Assembly (NCBI GenBank): GCA_947167345.1
Contig: CAMVHR010000004.1
Location: 41,793-105,792 of the forward strand
Direction of reading: 5' to 3'
DNA: 64,000 bases
Source: an uncultured Treponema sp.
Lineage (GTDB): Bacteria > Spirochaetota > Spirochaetia > Treponematales > Treponemataceae
Of the stretch, positions 48,093 through 57,434 are shown piece after piece. Every line of letters starts with the position of its first letter. Position 1 is the stretch's first letter. The notes beneath the pieces are model-generated. The model did not search any database. It was not told where the DNA came from and worked only from the letters and a program-made list of their open reading frames with translations. Made by a program: the position numbers and the translations under genes.

Positions 48093-50397
48093 GCTGTCTC
48101 TTTATTTTTATATCTTTATACATCTTGCTGTCCTGCTTTGTTTTGCAATTAAGGTTCTTCATGCAGGGCAGTTAAGCATTCAGGCTGATTTGTTTTCAAT
48201 GATGCCGAATGTGTCCTTTAATTCTTCGGAAAATTCTTTTTCTGACCAGGCGGCAAAACAGAAAGCTGAGCACCTGCTTGCAGAGAAGACTTCAGAAAAT
48301 GTCATTGTTCTTGTTTCCAGTAAAGACTTCTCAAAGGCAAAGCTTACTGCACAAACTGTATATGAAAATCTGAAAGACAGCCGCAACTTTGAAAGCCTTT
48401 CGCTGTATGCAGACGTTAACTCCATGAACAGCATTGTGGATTTGCTGCATGAATACAGGTTCAATCTTCTTGATGATGCAGCTGTAGAAATGCTTTCTTC
48501 TGCTGAAGGTGCAAATGCATTTGCCGGAAATGCACTTGCAAAAGCTTATGGTGTTTTTACACTGTCAGATATTGAAAATATTGAAGAAGATCCCTTTCTT
48601 CTTGATGAATACAATCTTCAGAATTATCTTTCAACGATAAAACAGACAGGAACCTCTTTGTCTCCAAAAGACGGAGTTCTTGCTGTACGGCATGATGATA
48701 CATGGTATGTAATGCTGAACGGAAAACTCAGTAAATCTGGAGCGGCTCTTGCAGACAGAAAGAATGGCATTGCAGAAATATATTCCGTGTGCCATCCTCT
48801 TGAAAAGGATGGTGTCCGCTTTGTGTATTCGGGTACGCCGTTTCACAGCTATAAAAGTTCCACGGAAGCTGCCAGGGAAATTGCAGTTATTTCTGTTCTG
48901 TCGTTTTTTATTGTTCTTTCCCTGCTGATTTTTGTATTCCGTACTCCTTTGCCAATTCTTGCTTCTGCAGCATCAATCCTCATTTCCTGCTCATTTGGTT
49001 TTGCCGCAGCATATTTTGCATTCGGCTCAATACATGTTCTGGCAATGGTTTTTGCAACATCGCTTGTAGGTTGCTGCATTGATTACAGCCTGCACTTTTT
49101 TATTAACTGGAAAGCCCGCCGCAAGCAGGCATATAGGGGACTTTCCCTGTCGTTTTTATCTACCGAAATAAGTTTTGTCTGCCTGTATCTTGCTCCTTTT
49201 GCCCTGTTAAAGCAGGTTGCAGTATTCTGTTTTTTTGGTATTTTGAGTGCATTCTTTACGACTGTGTTTGTTTACCCTCTTTTCCCTATTCCTAAGAAAA
49301 ATAAAAATGAAGTTCTCCGCATAAAGAATCGTTTTTTTGAACGAAGAAGAAGTTTTAAAACCAGCATGGTGTATACTTTGTTTATTGTTCTTGCATCTTT
49401 TGCTGTGATGTATATAAACCGTGACAATATAAAGGTTCAGAACAATATTTCAAGGCTTTATACTCTGGAAGGTCGTCTTAGAGATGACACTTTGATTTCT
49501 AATGCTGTATTAAAATATTCTCCAAGTGCATGGTTTATTATCAGTGGTAATACGGCAGAAGATGTTCTTGAGACTGAAGAAAAGGTCTGTACTGCACTGA
49601 AGGACATTCATAAAAACTCAGAGTATGGTTTTATTGCAACTTCAATGTTTATTCCTTCAATAGAAAGACAGAAGAAATCTTTAGAAGCTGTAAAGGCTTT
49701 GTTGCCCCTTGCACAAAGTCAGTATGATGCCTTGGGATTTGAAGATGAACTTGTGTCAGATTTTGAAGCTTCACTTGCAGCATCAGAGTCTAAGTTCATT
49801 ACACCGGACGAAGACCTTCCTTCGTATGTCCATAGTCTGATTTCTTATTTATGGATGGGGAAAGTTGGTAGCAAATATTATTCAATTGTATTGCCGTCAA
49901 TGGCAATTAATCCCATGTCGTACCGTAAACTCGCACAATCTTATGACAATGTAATGTATGCGGATAAAATTTCTGATGTGGGTAATTCGCTTGATTATCT
50001 TACAAAGATTGTTCTTGTTTTGTTTGGTGTAGCATATTTCATCATTATAATTGTTTTGAAATGCTTTTACACTTGGCGGCATGTCATTAAGATTGCATCA
50101 GTTCCTGTTTTGTGCGTAAGCGTTATTGTCGCCGTGTTCAGTGCAACAGGTAATCCGATTGACTTTTTTGCACTGATAGGAATTGTGCTGGTATTTGGAC
50201 TGGGCTTGGATTATATTATCTATATCATGCAGGATAGGGTAGACAGAAGGGTGGAGTCTTTTGCTGTTCTTCTTTCGTTTTTGACTACAGCACTTTCATT
50301 CTGTTCTCTTGCATTCAGTTCTTTTATACCTGTACATATTATTGGACTTGCAATTTTTGCCGGACTTACAGTTGCCTTTGTAGCAACTCTATTTTGA
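48061..50397 (+). CDS. MMPL/RND-like exporter (ApeM-like)
   Basis: Two TM bundles with GCCIDYSLH and GLGLDYII motifs; GAGGA SD before ATG 48061. Confidence 0.85.
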   Translation: MPKKRSSAQNKLSLYFYIFIHLAVLLCFAIKVLHAGQLSIQADLFSMMPNVSFNSSENSFSDQAAKQKAEHLLAEKTSENVIVLVSSKDFSKAKLTAQTVYENLKDSRNFESLSLYADVNSMNSIVDLLHEYRFNLLDDAAVEMLSSAEGANAFAGNALAKAYGVFTLSDIENIEEDPFLLDEYNLQNYLSTIKQTGTSLSPKDGVLAVRHDDTWYVMLNGKLSKSGAALADRKNGIAEIYSVCHPLEKDGVRFVYSGTPFHSYKSSTEAAREIAVISVLSFFIVLSLLIFVFRTPLPILASAASILISCSFGFAAAYFAFGSIHVLAMVFATSLVGCCIDYSLHFFINWKARRKQAYRGLSLSFLSTEISFVCLYLAPFALLKQVAVFCFFGILSAFFTTVFVYPLFPIPKKNKNEVLRIKNRFFERRRSFKTSMVYTLFIVLASFAVMYINRDNIKVQNNISRLYTLEGRLRDDTLISNAVLKYSPSAWFIISGNTAEDVLETEEKVCTALKDIHKNSEYGFIATSMFIPSIERQKKSLEAVKALLPLAQSQYDALGFEDELVSDFEASLAASESKFITPDEDLPSYVHSLISYLWMGKVGSKYYSIVLPSMAINPMSYRKLAQSYDNVMYADKISDVGNSLDYLTKIVLVLFGVAYFIIIIVLKCFYTWRHVIKIASVPVLCVSVIVAVFSATGNPIDFFALIGIVLVFGLGLDYIIYIMQDRVDRRVESFAVLLSFLTTALSFCSLAFSSFIPVHIIGLAIFAGLTVAFVATLF

Positions 50398-50410
50398 TAA
50401 GGCTGTAATA

Positions 50411-51007
50411 ATGGTAAAAAATACAATAACTTTGTTTTTGCTTGTAGTTATTCTTTTTTCGTCTTGTGTAAGTTCTCAAAAAAAGACAGAGGATTTGTTC
50501 ATATATGTTACGGATTCAAAGAAAGTGAAGCTGCTTGCCCCCTCTGCTCTTGAAAAAAGAGTTGATGCAATGCAGATGTTTTCAGGTTCGTTTTCTTCTG
50601 CAAAAAAAGATTCTATAAATATGATTGCTGTAACAGAATGTACGGAGCAAAAGATTTCTGTTACAATGATGAATGAACTTGGAATTGAGATAGCATCCCT
50701 TTTATATACTGATTCGGGCGTTTTCCTAAAGTCAAGTTTCTTGCCAGAGGGGATAAAACCCGAATACATTGTAATGGATTTTCAAAATGTTTATTACAGA
50801 CCTTCTCTTTTGGCAAAAGAATATAAAACTTCAGGTCTTTCTTTTACAATTGAAGAAAATGACGGAATTGAAAAAAGGCTTATTATGGACGGAAAAACTG
50901 TTATTGAGGTGATTGAAAAGAAAGATGGAGAGATTTTACTGCGTAATTATTTCCGAGGTTATACATATAGGCTAACGGATCTTAATTCTGGGGGTGAAGA
51001 TGAATAA
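50411..51007 (+). CDS. DUF3261-like lipoprotein (ApeN-like)
   Basis: Lipobox FSSC; PEYIVMDFQNVY; position matches apeN. Confidence 0.7.
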   Translation: MVKNTITLFLLVVILFSSCVSSQKKTEDLFIYVTDSKKVKLLAPSALEKRVDAMQMFSGSFSSAKKDSINMIAVTECTEQKISVTMMNELGIEIASLLYTDSGVFLKSSFLPEGIKPEYIVMDFQNVYYRPSLLAKEYKTSGLSFTIEENDGIEKRLIMDGKTVIEVIEKKDGEILLRNYFRGYTYRLTDLNSGGEDE

Positions 51008-52694
51008 CCCTTTGTTTCTTTCGTATCCTGGAGTTGTATGTGCGGCAGGATGTGGCAGAAAAGCCTTATGGTCTTGCGTAACTTCAGGTTCTCAATCAGG
51101 TATAAAAAAAACTTTTGTTTATGGCAAGGAATTTTCTGCTGCCATTGTAGGTGATGATCTTGAATCTGATATAGAATCTGCTTCTGATGCACGTTATGAC
51201 ATGAGGGTTATCCGCATTGAAAGGGCTGCCATAAAGCAGATAGAATGTTTAATAAAAAAAGCTCTTGAACAGTACGGTAAAGAAAGGATTGCTGTATGCG
51301 TAGGTTCTTGTGATAATGGCAGTGAGTTTTCTGTTGCGGCACACAAAACGTATTTTAATGCAGGAGCATTTCCTTCGTCGTATGAACTGGAAATGCAGGG
51401 TGCGGAATATGTTGCGACATACATAAAAGAACTGTATGACATAAAAGGTGCCTGTCTTTCATTCAGTACGGCCTGCTCTTCAAGTGCGAGTGCCATTGTA
51501 AAAGCTTGCCAGCTGTTGCAGGCTAATCTTGCAGATGCTGTTATTGTAGGTGGGGTAGACATTGCTTCTGATACCGTGCTCATGGGGTTTGATGCACTTG
51601 AAGCTGTTTCTCCTGAAAAGACAAATCCGTTCAGTAAAAATAGAAACGGCATTACATTGGGTGATGGGGCTGCATTTTTTGTATTGTCAAAAGATAATCT
51701 TGCAGAAGACGGCTGTGTAGTCTTGATTGCAGGATATGGCGAAAGTTCTGATGCACATCATATTACTGCTCCTGACCCGGAGGGAATTGGTGCTGTAAGT
51801 GCAATGAAGGCTGCTCTTAAATCTGCTGACATAAATGCCTCTCAGGTTGATTACTTGAACTTGCATGGCACAGGAACTGTTTTTAATGATTCCATGGAAG
51901 CAAAGGCTGTAAAAAACGTGTTTGGTGATTATGCCGTGCCGTGCAGTTCTACAAAGTCCGAGACTGGGCATACGCTTGGAGCTGCCGGAGCTCTTGAACT
52001 GGCTGTGTGCTACGAGACAATTGTCCGCAATGCAGGGGCTGAAAAAATAATCCTTCCTGTTCAATGCTGGGACATGCAGAAAGATGATGCATTGCCAGAA
52101 CTGAACATAGTAAGTTCTGATTATAATTTTACAGGGAAAGCAATTGAATACTGCATGTCCAATTCCTTTGCGTTTGGTGGAGCCAATGTCAGCCTGATTA
52201 TTGCTTCCCGAAAGCATGTTCCACAGCGGATTGAGAATGGTGCCCTTGCAGAATTAATGCCTCATACTGGCAAAATGCTTTTGCTGGACAGAGTGACTGC
52301 TCATGATATTGTTCATAGGACTCTTACAGGTGAATGTGACATTACGGAACAGTGTATTTTATATGATAAAAGATTAGGTGGTGTTCCAAGTTGGGCATCA
52401 TTTGAAATGCTTGCACAGGGAATATCAGCTCTTGCTGCAATTATACGTGCAAGTAACCGTATGCTTGACAAAAGTAGGGCAGGGGTAGTCCTGAGTGTAT
52501 CTGATTTTAATGCATATATTCCTGTCCTTAAAAAAAATCAGACGGTAACTGTTAAAATAAAAGAAGAATATCGTTCGGAAGATATTTATCAGTATGACTG
52601 TAGCTTATATATTGCGGATAGACAAGCTGTGTCTGCAAGAATTACCGTTATGGAAATGAAAAACATGAAGGAAGCGTTATGTCAGAAGAAATAA
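50994..52694 (+). CDS. Fusion: beta-ketoacyl-ACP synthase (ApeO-like) plus hot-dog dehydratase (ApeP-like)
   Basis: TACSSS, HGTGT, GHTLGAAG, SNSFAFGG, then LMPHTGKMLLLD...FEMLAQ with no stop between. Confidence 0.88.
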   Translation: MKMNNPLFLSYPGVVCAAGCGRKALWSCVTSGSQSGIKKTFVYGKEFSAAIVGDDLESDIESASDARYDMRVIRIERAAIKQIECLIKKALEQYGKERIAVCVGSCDNGSEFSVAAHKTYFNAGAFPSSYELEMQGAEYVATYIKELYDIKGACLSFSTACSSSASAIVKACQLLQANLADAVIVGGVDIASDTVLMGFDALEAVSPEKTNPFSKNRNGITLGDGAAFFVLSKDNLAEDGCVVLIAGYGESSDAHHITAPDPEGIGAVSAMKAALKSADINASQVDYLNLHGTGTVFNDSMEAKAVKNVFGDYAVPCSSTKSETGHTLGAAGALELAVCYETIVRNAGAEKIILPVQCWDMQKDDALPELNIVSSDYNFTGKAIEYCMSNSFAFGGANVSLIIASRKHVPQRIENGALAELMPHTGKMLLLDRVTAHDIVHRTLTGECDITEQCILYDKRLGGVPSWASFEMLAQGISALAAIIRASNRMLDKSRAGVVLSVSDFNAYIPVLKKNQTVTVKIKEEYRSEDIYQYDCSLYIADRQAVSARITVMEMKNMKEALCQKK

Positions 52695-53410
52695 AAAGAG
52701 TTCTTGTTACTGGGGCTAGTGGTGGCATAGGAAAAGCTGTTGCAATTGCGTGTGCGAGAGCAGGTTATTATGTAATAGCCCATTATAATCACAGTAAGGA
52801 AAGTGCAGAAGACACTCTTTCTAAAATTTGCTCGGAAGGCGCTCAGGGAGAGCTTATACAGTTTGATGTTACCGACAGGACAGAATGCCGGCAAAAACTG
52901 GAGGCACTTACAGAAAAGCAAGGTGCTTTGTGGGGTGTTGTCAGTAATGCTGGCATTACACATGACAATACTTTTGCCGGGCTTTCTGGTGAAGAATGGG
53001 ATGCCGTTGTACATACAAATCTTGACAGCTTTTATAACGTTGTTCAGCCGTTGGTACTGCCTATGTGCAGAAAAAAGGCTGGACGCATCATTACTGTTTC
53101 TTCAATCAGCGGTATTATGGGCAACAGGGGGCAGGTCAATTACAGTGCTTCGAAAGCCGGCCTTATTGGTGCTGCAAAAGCCCTTGCCGTGGAACTTGCA
53201 AGCCGTCACATTACAGTGAATGCCATTGCTCCTGGGGTCATTGAAACTGACATGATAAAAGATATTCCTCTTGATGCAGTGCTTCCTTCAATTCCTATGA
53301 AAAGACTTGGCAAGCCTGAAGAAGTCGCATCTCTTGCGGTGTTCCTGCTTTCTGAACAGGCAGGCTATATTACCCGTCAGGTAATTTCTGTTAATGGTGG
53401 AATGGTATGA
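52679..53410 (+). CDS. 3-oxoacyl-ACP reductase (FabG / ApeQ-like)
   Basis: GASGGIG, NAG, NRGQVNYSASK, VISVNGGM. Confidence 0.93.
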   Translation: MSEEIKRVLVTGASGGIGKAVAIACARAGYYVIAHYNHSKESAEDTLSKICSEGAQGELIQFDVTDRTECRQKLEALTEKQGALWGVVSNAGITHDNTFAGLSGEEWDAVVHTNLDSFYNVVQPLVLPMCRKKAGRIITVSSISGIMGNRGQVNYSASKAGLIGAAKALAVELASRHITVNAIAPGVIETDMIKDIPLDAVLPSIPMKRLGKPEEVASLAVFLLSEQAGYITRQVISVNGGMV

Positions 53411-54672
53411 CTTCTGAAAAATATGTAAGGCATGATGGAAAAAGACGTGTTGTAATTACTGGCGGAGGAATGTTGAGCGCATTGGGCGATGACTGGACAG
53501 AGGCTTTTGCAAGATTACAATCAGGCAAGAATTGCATTGTATACATGCATGACTGGGATGTCTACCCTTTAATGAATACTCGACTTGCATGTCCGTATAT
53601 AAAAGAACTGCCATCGTACCCAAGAAAAAAAATACGCGGGATGGGACGGGTTGCGTTGCTTTCTCTTGTTGCAACTGACCGTGCCTTGGAAAGTTCTGGT
53701 CTTATGAAAGAGAATGGACAGGTTTTTGAAGAACTGTGCAATGGACGGACAGGTATTGCCTATGGTTCCTGCATGGGAAGCATGGATTCCATGATGAGCC
53801 TGTATGCAATGCTTGAAAGGCACGATACTTCAAAAATAGATTCACAGACATACATAAAGTGTATGCCTCAGACCTGTGCGGCAAATTTAAGTGTGTACTA
53901 TGGCATTCGCGGAAGAATCATTACGACAAATACCGCATGTACTTCTGGCAGCCAGTCCATTGGCTATGCTTATGAGGCAATTTCATGCGGATTGCAGGAC
54001 ATAATGCTTGCAGGTGGGGCAGAAGAGCTTGTGTCGCCTGATGCAGCTATATTTGACACGATGGGAGCTACCGCTATTTTAAATGAGCAGCCTGGTAAAG
54101 AACCAAGACCTTTTGACAAGGACAGGGACGGTCTTGTAATCGGTGAAGGAGCAGGAACTCTCGTTCTGGAAGACATGGAACATGCTGTAAAGCGTGGGGC
54201 AAAAATCTATGCGGAAGTTGCAGGGTTCGGCACTAATGCCGATGGCACTCACATTACAAATCCAAACAGAGAGACTATGGCACAGGCAATGAAACTTGCT
54301 ATTGATGATGCTGGAATTGACAAAGATTGTATTGCATATATTAACGCTCATGGTACGGCAACTCATGCAGGCGACATTGCTGAAACACAGGCAACCTATT
54401 CGGTGTTCCGGCGTGCGGTTCCAATCAGTTCTACAAAAAGCTATATTGGTCATACTTTGGGAGCATGCGGCTGCATAGAAGCATGGTGTACGATAAACAT
54501 GATGAATGAAGGATGGTTTCATCCGACTGTCAATCTTGAAAATGTTGATGACGAATGCGGTGCTTTGGACTATATCAAAAATGACGGCAGAAAGATTGAT
54601 GCTGAATATGTAATGTCAAATAACTTTGCATTTGGCGGCATAAATACATCTCTTATATTTCACAGAATATAA
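53407..54672 (+). CDS. Beta-ketoacyl-ACP synthase (ApeR-like)
   Basis: TACTSGS, AHGTAT, GHTLGACG, SNNFAFGGIN. Confidence 0.92.
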   Translation: MTSEKYVRHDGKRRVVITGGGMLSALGDDWTEAFARLQSGKNCIVYMHDWDVYPLMNTRLACPYIKELPSYPRKKIRGMGRVALLSLVATDRALESSGLMKENGQVFEELCNGRTGIAYGSCMGSMDSMMSLYAMLERHDTSKIDSQTYIKCMPQTCAANLSVYYGIRGRIITTNTACTSGSQSIGYAYEAISCGLQDIMLAGGAEELVSPDAAIFDTMGATAILNEQPGKEPRPFDKDRDGLVIGEGAGTLVLEDMEHAVKRGAKIYAEVAGFGTNADGTHITNPNRETMAQAMKLAIDDAGIDKDCIAYINAHGTATHAGDIAETQATYSVFRRAVPISSTKSYIGHTLGACGCIEAWCTINMMNEGWFHPTVNLENVDDECGALDYIKNDGRKIDAEYVMSNNFAFGGINTSLIFHRI

Positions 54673-54743
54673 AAAGCCGCTCCCCACTGACAGAAAGGAA
54701 CGGCTTAAGAAGCGGACATGTTTTTACACTTATTTTTATAATT

Positions 54744-55616
54744 TTATACAGCCTTACTTTCAACAGCATGAAGAATGCCGTTCTGATAAGCATAGCTGTA
54801 CAGAATTTCTGAAATGTCACCGAGTGGCTTTTTAATGTTAAGCGGCTGGTCGAAACCAAGATTGTACATGAATGACATGAGTTCTTTTGTGCTTTCCGGG
54901 TTCCAGAGCTTTGCATTGTCAATGTCTACGAAAATGCAGTGCTCAGAGTCTGCGATTGCTCTTATGTGGCGGTTCATCTCATCAAAGGCATGGTGATTTG
55001 ATGCATCAACATTAGAAACAAGAGCAATTCTTCTGTCTTTGTTTGCCTGCTTGATGAATGAAATCAAGTCCATGTATTTTATGTCAAATTCAGCGCTGTT
55101 TCTCTTGAACAAGTCAAGGTCATCAGTACCAAGGTGAATGATTACGGCTTCTGGGTTGAGAGTTTCGACCTGCTCAGAAAAAACTTTCTTTGCATCTTTG
55201 AGTGAAAGATTGAAAGAACTTCTGTTGTACATCTTGAAGTTAAACTCATAGTTCTGTGCAATCTCTGCAACCGGAATCTCTTTGTCTACAGCACCTCCGA
55301 AAAGGATTACTGCATCACTTTCTTCATTGTTAGTCCTGAACATAGTCTCTGTCCTCCTGTCTAATGAACGGTTTCTGAAATATACAGCCAAGTTTGTAAG
55401 CACTATTACAAGATTTAGAAAATATACGAGCAATACATAGTTCATTTGATTATTGATGAACTTTGCCGTAATGCCGGCCAGATAGCCTGTGATAATCAAA
55501 AGGATGAAAGCCAGGCTTGTTCCTTTTGCCGATTTTGCCCTATATGCTTTGATTACATTCAGTGGCCAAGAAAAGCCAAAGCATACCAGCATTGCAGTTT
55601 CAAATATTGAACCCAT
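54744..55616 (-). CDS. PQ-loop/SemiSWEET-like 3-TM domain fused to a degenerate SGNH-like domain
   Basis: FETAMLVCFGFSWP...AKGTS 3-TM N-terminus; C-terminal ILFGG...YNRS...IHLGTDD. Confidence 0.65.
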   Translation of the reverse strand: MGSIFETAMLVCFGFSWPLNVIKAYRAKSAKGTSLAFILLIITGYLAGITAKFINNQMNYVLLVYFLNLVIVLTNLAVYFRNRSLDRRTETMFRTNNEESDAVILFGGAVDKEIPVAEIAQNYEFNFKMYNRSSFNLSLKDAKKVFSEQVETLNPEAVIIHLGTDDLDLFKRNSAEFDIKYMDLISFIKQANKDRRIALVSNVDASNHHAFDEMNRHIRAIADSEHCIFVDIDNAKLWNPESTKELMSFMYNLGFDQPLNIKKPLGDISEILYSYAYQNGILHAVESKAV

Positions 55617-55796
55617 TTTCTATTCCTCCAGAACAGACTTTCTTAATGTGCTGTTCTTATTTTTACTGTCTTCATCATACTGTCTTGCACAAAAATTACA
55701 ATTTTTTTTGAAATATAAAAAATAATTTATTAAAATCAAACTGTTTTTTTACTTAAAAAAGGTTTTTGAAAATTGAAAATCTGCTATAGTAAAAGA

Positions 55797-57419
55797 GTGA
55801 AGACTTTAAAAGATTCCAAGAAAGGCTCTCTGAATACAATCAGAAAAGAGATTCAAAGGACACACCTGTTCCTTATTGTCGTAATTACGATTTTACTCAG
55901 TGTAGGCGGTGCATACATAAACATCAATGCAAACGCACAGGCTGTTGACCAGAACCTGCTCAATACTGCCGATTTGATTTCGCGCCTTTACAGTTTTACT
56001 AAAAATCTTCCCGAAGATGAATTCCGTACATATTTTAATTCTGTCTGCGATGAACTTCCGAATGTCGATGTAATATCTATAGTTGATTCTGCAAACATCC
56101 GCCTGTACCACACAAACAACACTCTTATAGGAACAGAGTTTGACGGCAAAGTTCCAGACTTTCATATAGAAGGAAAAGGCTTTCATGTCGTAGATGAAAA
56201 CGGACCGTCAGGGCCTCAACGGCGGACTTATGCTGCGCTATATGATGAGGCAGGCACTTACTGTGGTTTTATCATGACAATCATCTTAAAGACATCCATT
56301 CATTCCGTAACCGAAAAGACAATATTTCTGTTCATGGCAGTAACAATTGCGGCAATACTTATTGAAATTTTAATTTCAGGAACATTTTCTCGACGCATCA
56401 AGCAGAAACTTCTCGGGTACGAGCCTGATACATTTTCTTCAATGTTCACCATACGTGACAACATTCTTGAGTCAATTCATGACGGCATTATTGCTGTTGA
56501 CGATGAAAAAAACGTGCAGTTTACAAACTCTGTCGCAAAGAAAATTCTTGACTGCGAAGAAAATGAAAAAATCAATCAGATTAACGAAAAGGTATTTGTA
56601 GAAAAGTTTTTGAGCAATACCCTTAATACCGCTCAAAGTACGTTTGGCATACAGGAAAAAACAAACAGCGGCACTGAACTTCTGGTAGACTGCATTCCTG
56701 TAATGAAAGGCAGTGAAGTAAACGGTGCCGTTGCAATCCTTCATGACCGTACCGAATATACAAAGCTTATGGAAGACTTGTCCGGTACAAAATATCTTGT
56801 AGATTCTATGCGGGCAAACAACCATGACTTTACGAACAAGCTGCATGTTATTCTTGGTCTTATCCAGATTGGGGAATACGATAAGGCGGTGTCATATATC
56901 GAAAATATTTCAATCATACAGAGGGAAACTTTGAGCAAGGTTATGCATTCGGTAGACAATCCGTCATTTGCAGCCTTGCTCATCGGCAAGATTGCACGGG
57001 CTTCTGAATGCAATGTAAAGTTCATATTAAAGGAAGGCATTCATTTTAAGGACTCAGACATTCAGTTGCCGTCAGAGGCTCTAGTTACGATTGCAGGCAA
57101 TCTCATTGACAATGCTCTGGATGCAATGAACATGAAAGTTTCTCTTGATTCAATGACTTCAGCAAGCGGAAGGGAACTTGTTTTCGGCACATTTACCAAG
57201 CCGGGAGAACTTTTGATTACCGTTACAGATAAAGGTTGCGGTATTCCCGATGACATAAAAGAAAAAGTTTTTGAAAATGGTTTTTCTACAAAGGGAACTG
57301 GTCGTGGAGTCGGACTGTACCATACCAAGCAACTGATAGAAAGTCTTGGCGGAAGTATTTCCTTTGAGTCCCAGGCTGGAAAAGGAACATGTTTTATAGT
57401 AAGCTTTAAACAGTGCTAA
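55797..57419 (+). CDS. Sensor histidine kinase, CitA/DcuS/MalK family
   Basis: TM-sCache-TM-PAS; RANNHDFTNKLH H-box; GNLIDNA, DKGCG, GFSTKG.GRGVGL; GTG 55797 chosen over TTG 55773. Confidence 0.92.
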   Translation: MKTLKDSKKGSLNTIRKEIQRTHLFLIVVITILLSVGGAYININANAQAVDQNLLNTADLISRLYSFTKNLPEDEFRTYFNSVCDELPNVDVISIVDSANIRLYHTNNTLIGTEFDGKVPDFHIEGKGFHVVDENGPSGPQRRTYAALYDEAGTYCGFIMTIILKTSIHSVTEKTIFLFMAVTIAAILIEILISGTFSRRIKQKLLGYEPDTFSSMFTIRDNILESIHDGIIAVDDEKNVQFTNSVAKKILDCEENEKINQINEKVFVEKFLSNTLNTAQSTFGIQEKTNSGTELLVDCIPVMKGSEVNGAVAILHDRTEYTKLMEDLSGTKYLVDSMRANNHDFTNKLHVILGLIQIGEYDKAVSYIENISIIQRETLSKVMHSVDNPSFAALLIGKIARASECNVKFILKEGIHFKDSDIQLPSEALVTIAGNLIDNALDAMNMKVSLDSMTSASGRELVFGTFTKPGELLITVTDKGCGIPDDIKEKVFENGFSTKGTGRGVGLYHTKQLIESLGGSISFESQAGKGTCFIVSFKQC

Positions 57420-57434
57420 AGCACAGGAGCAAAT

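Noticed and set aside
42460-54672. Housekeeping fatty-acid synthesis (fab) operon
   Set aside because: Lacks fabD, fabH, acc and enoyl reductase, and includes GT2-acyltransferase, LolA-like, MMPL and lipoprotein genes typical of APE-type clusters
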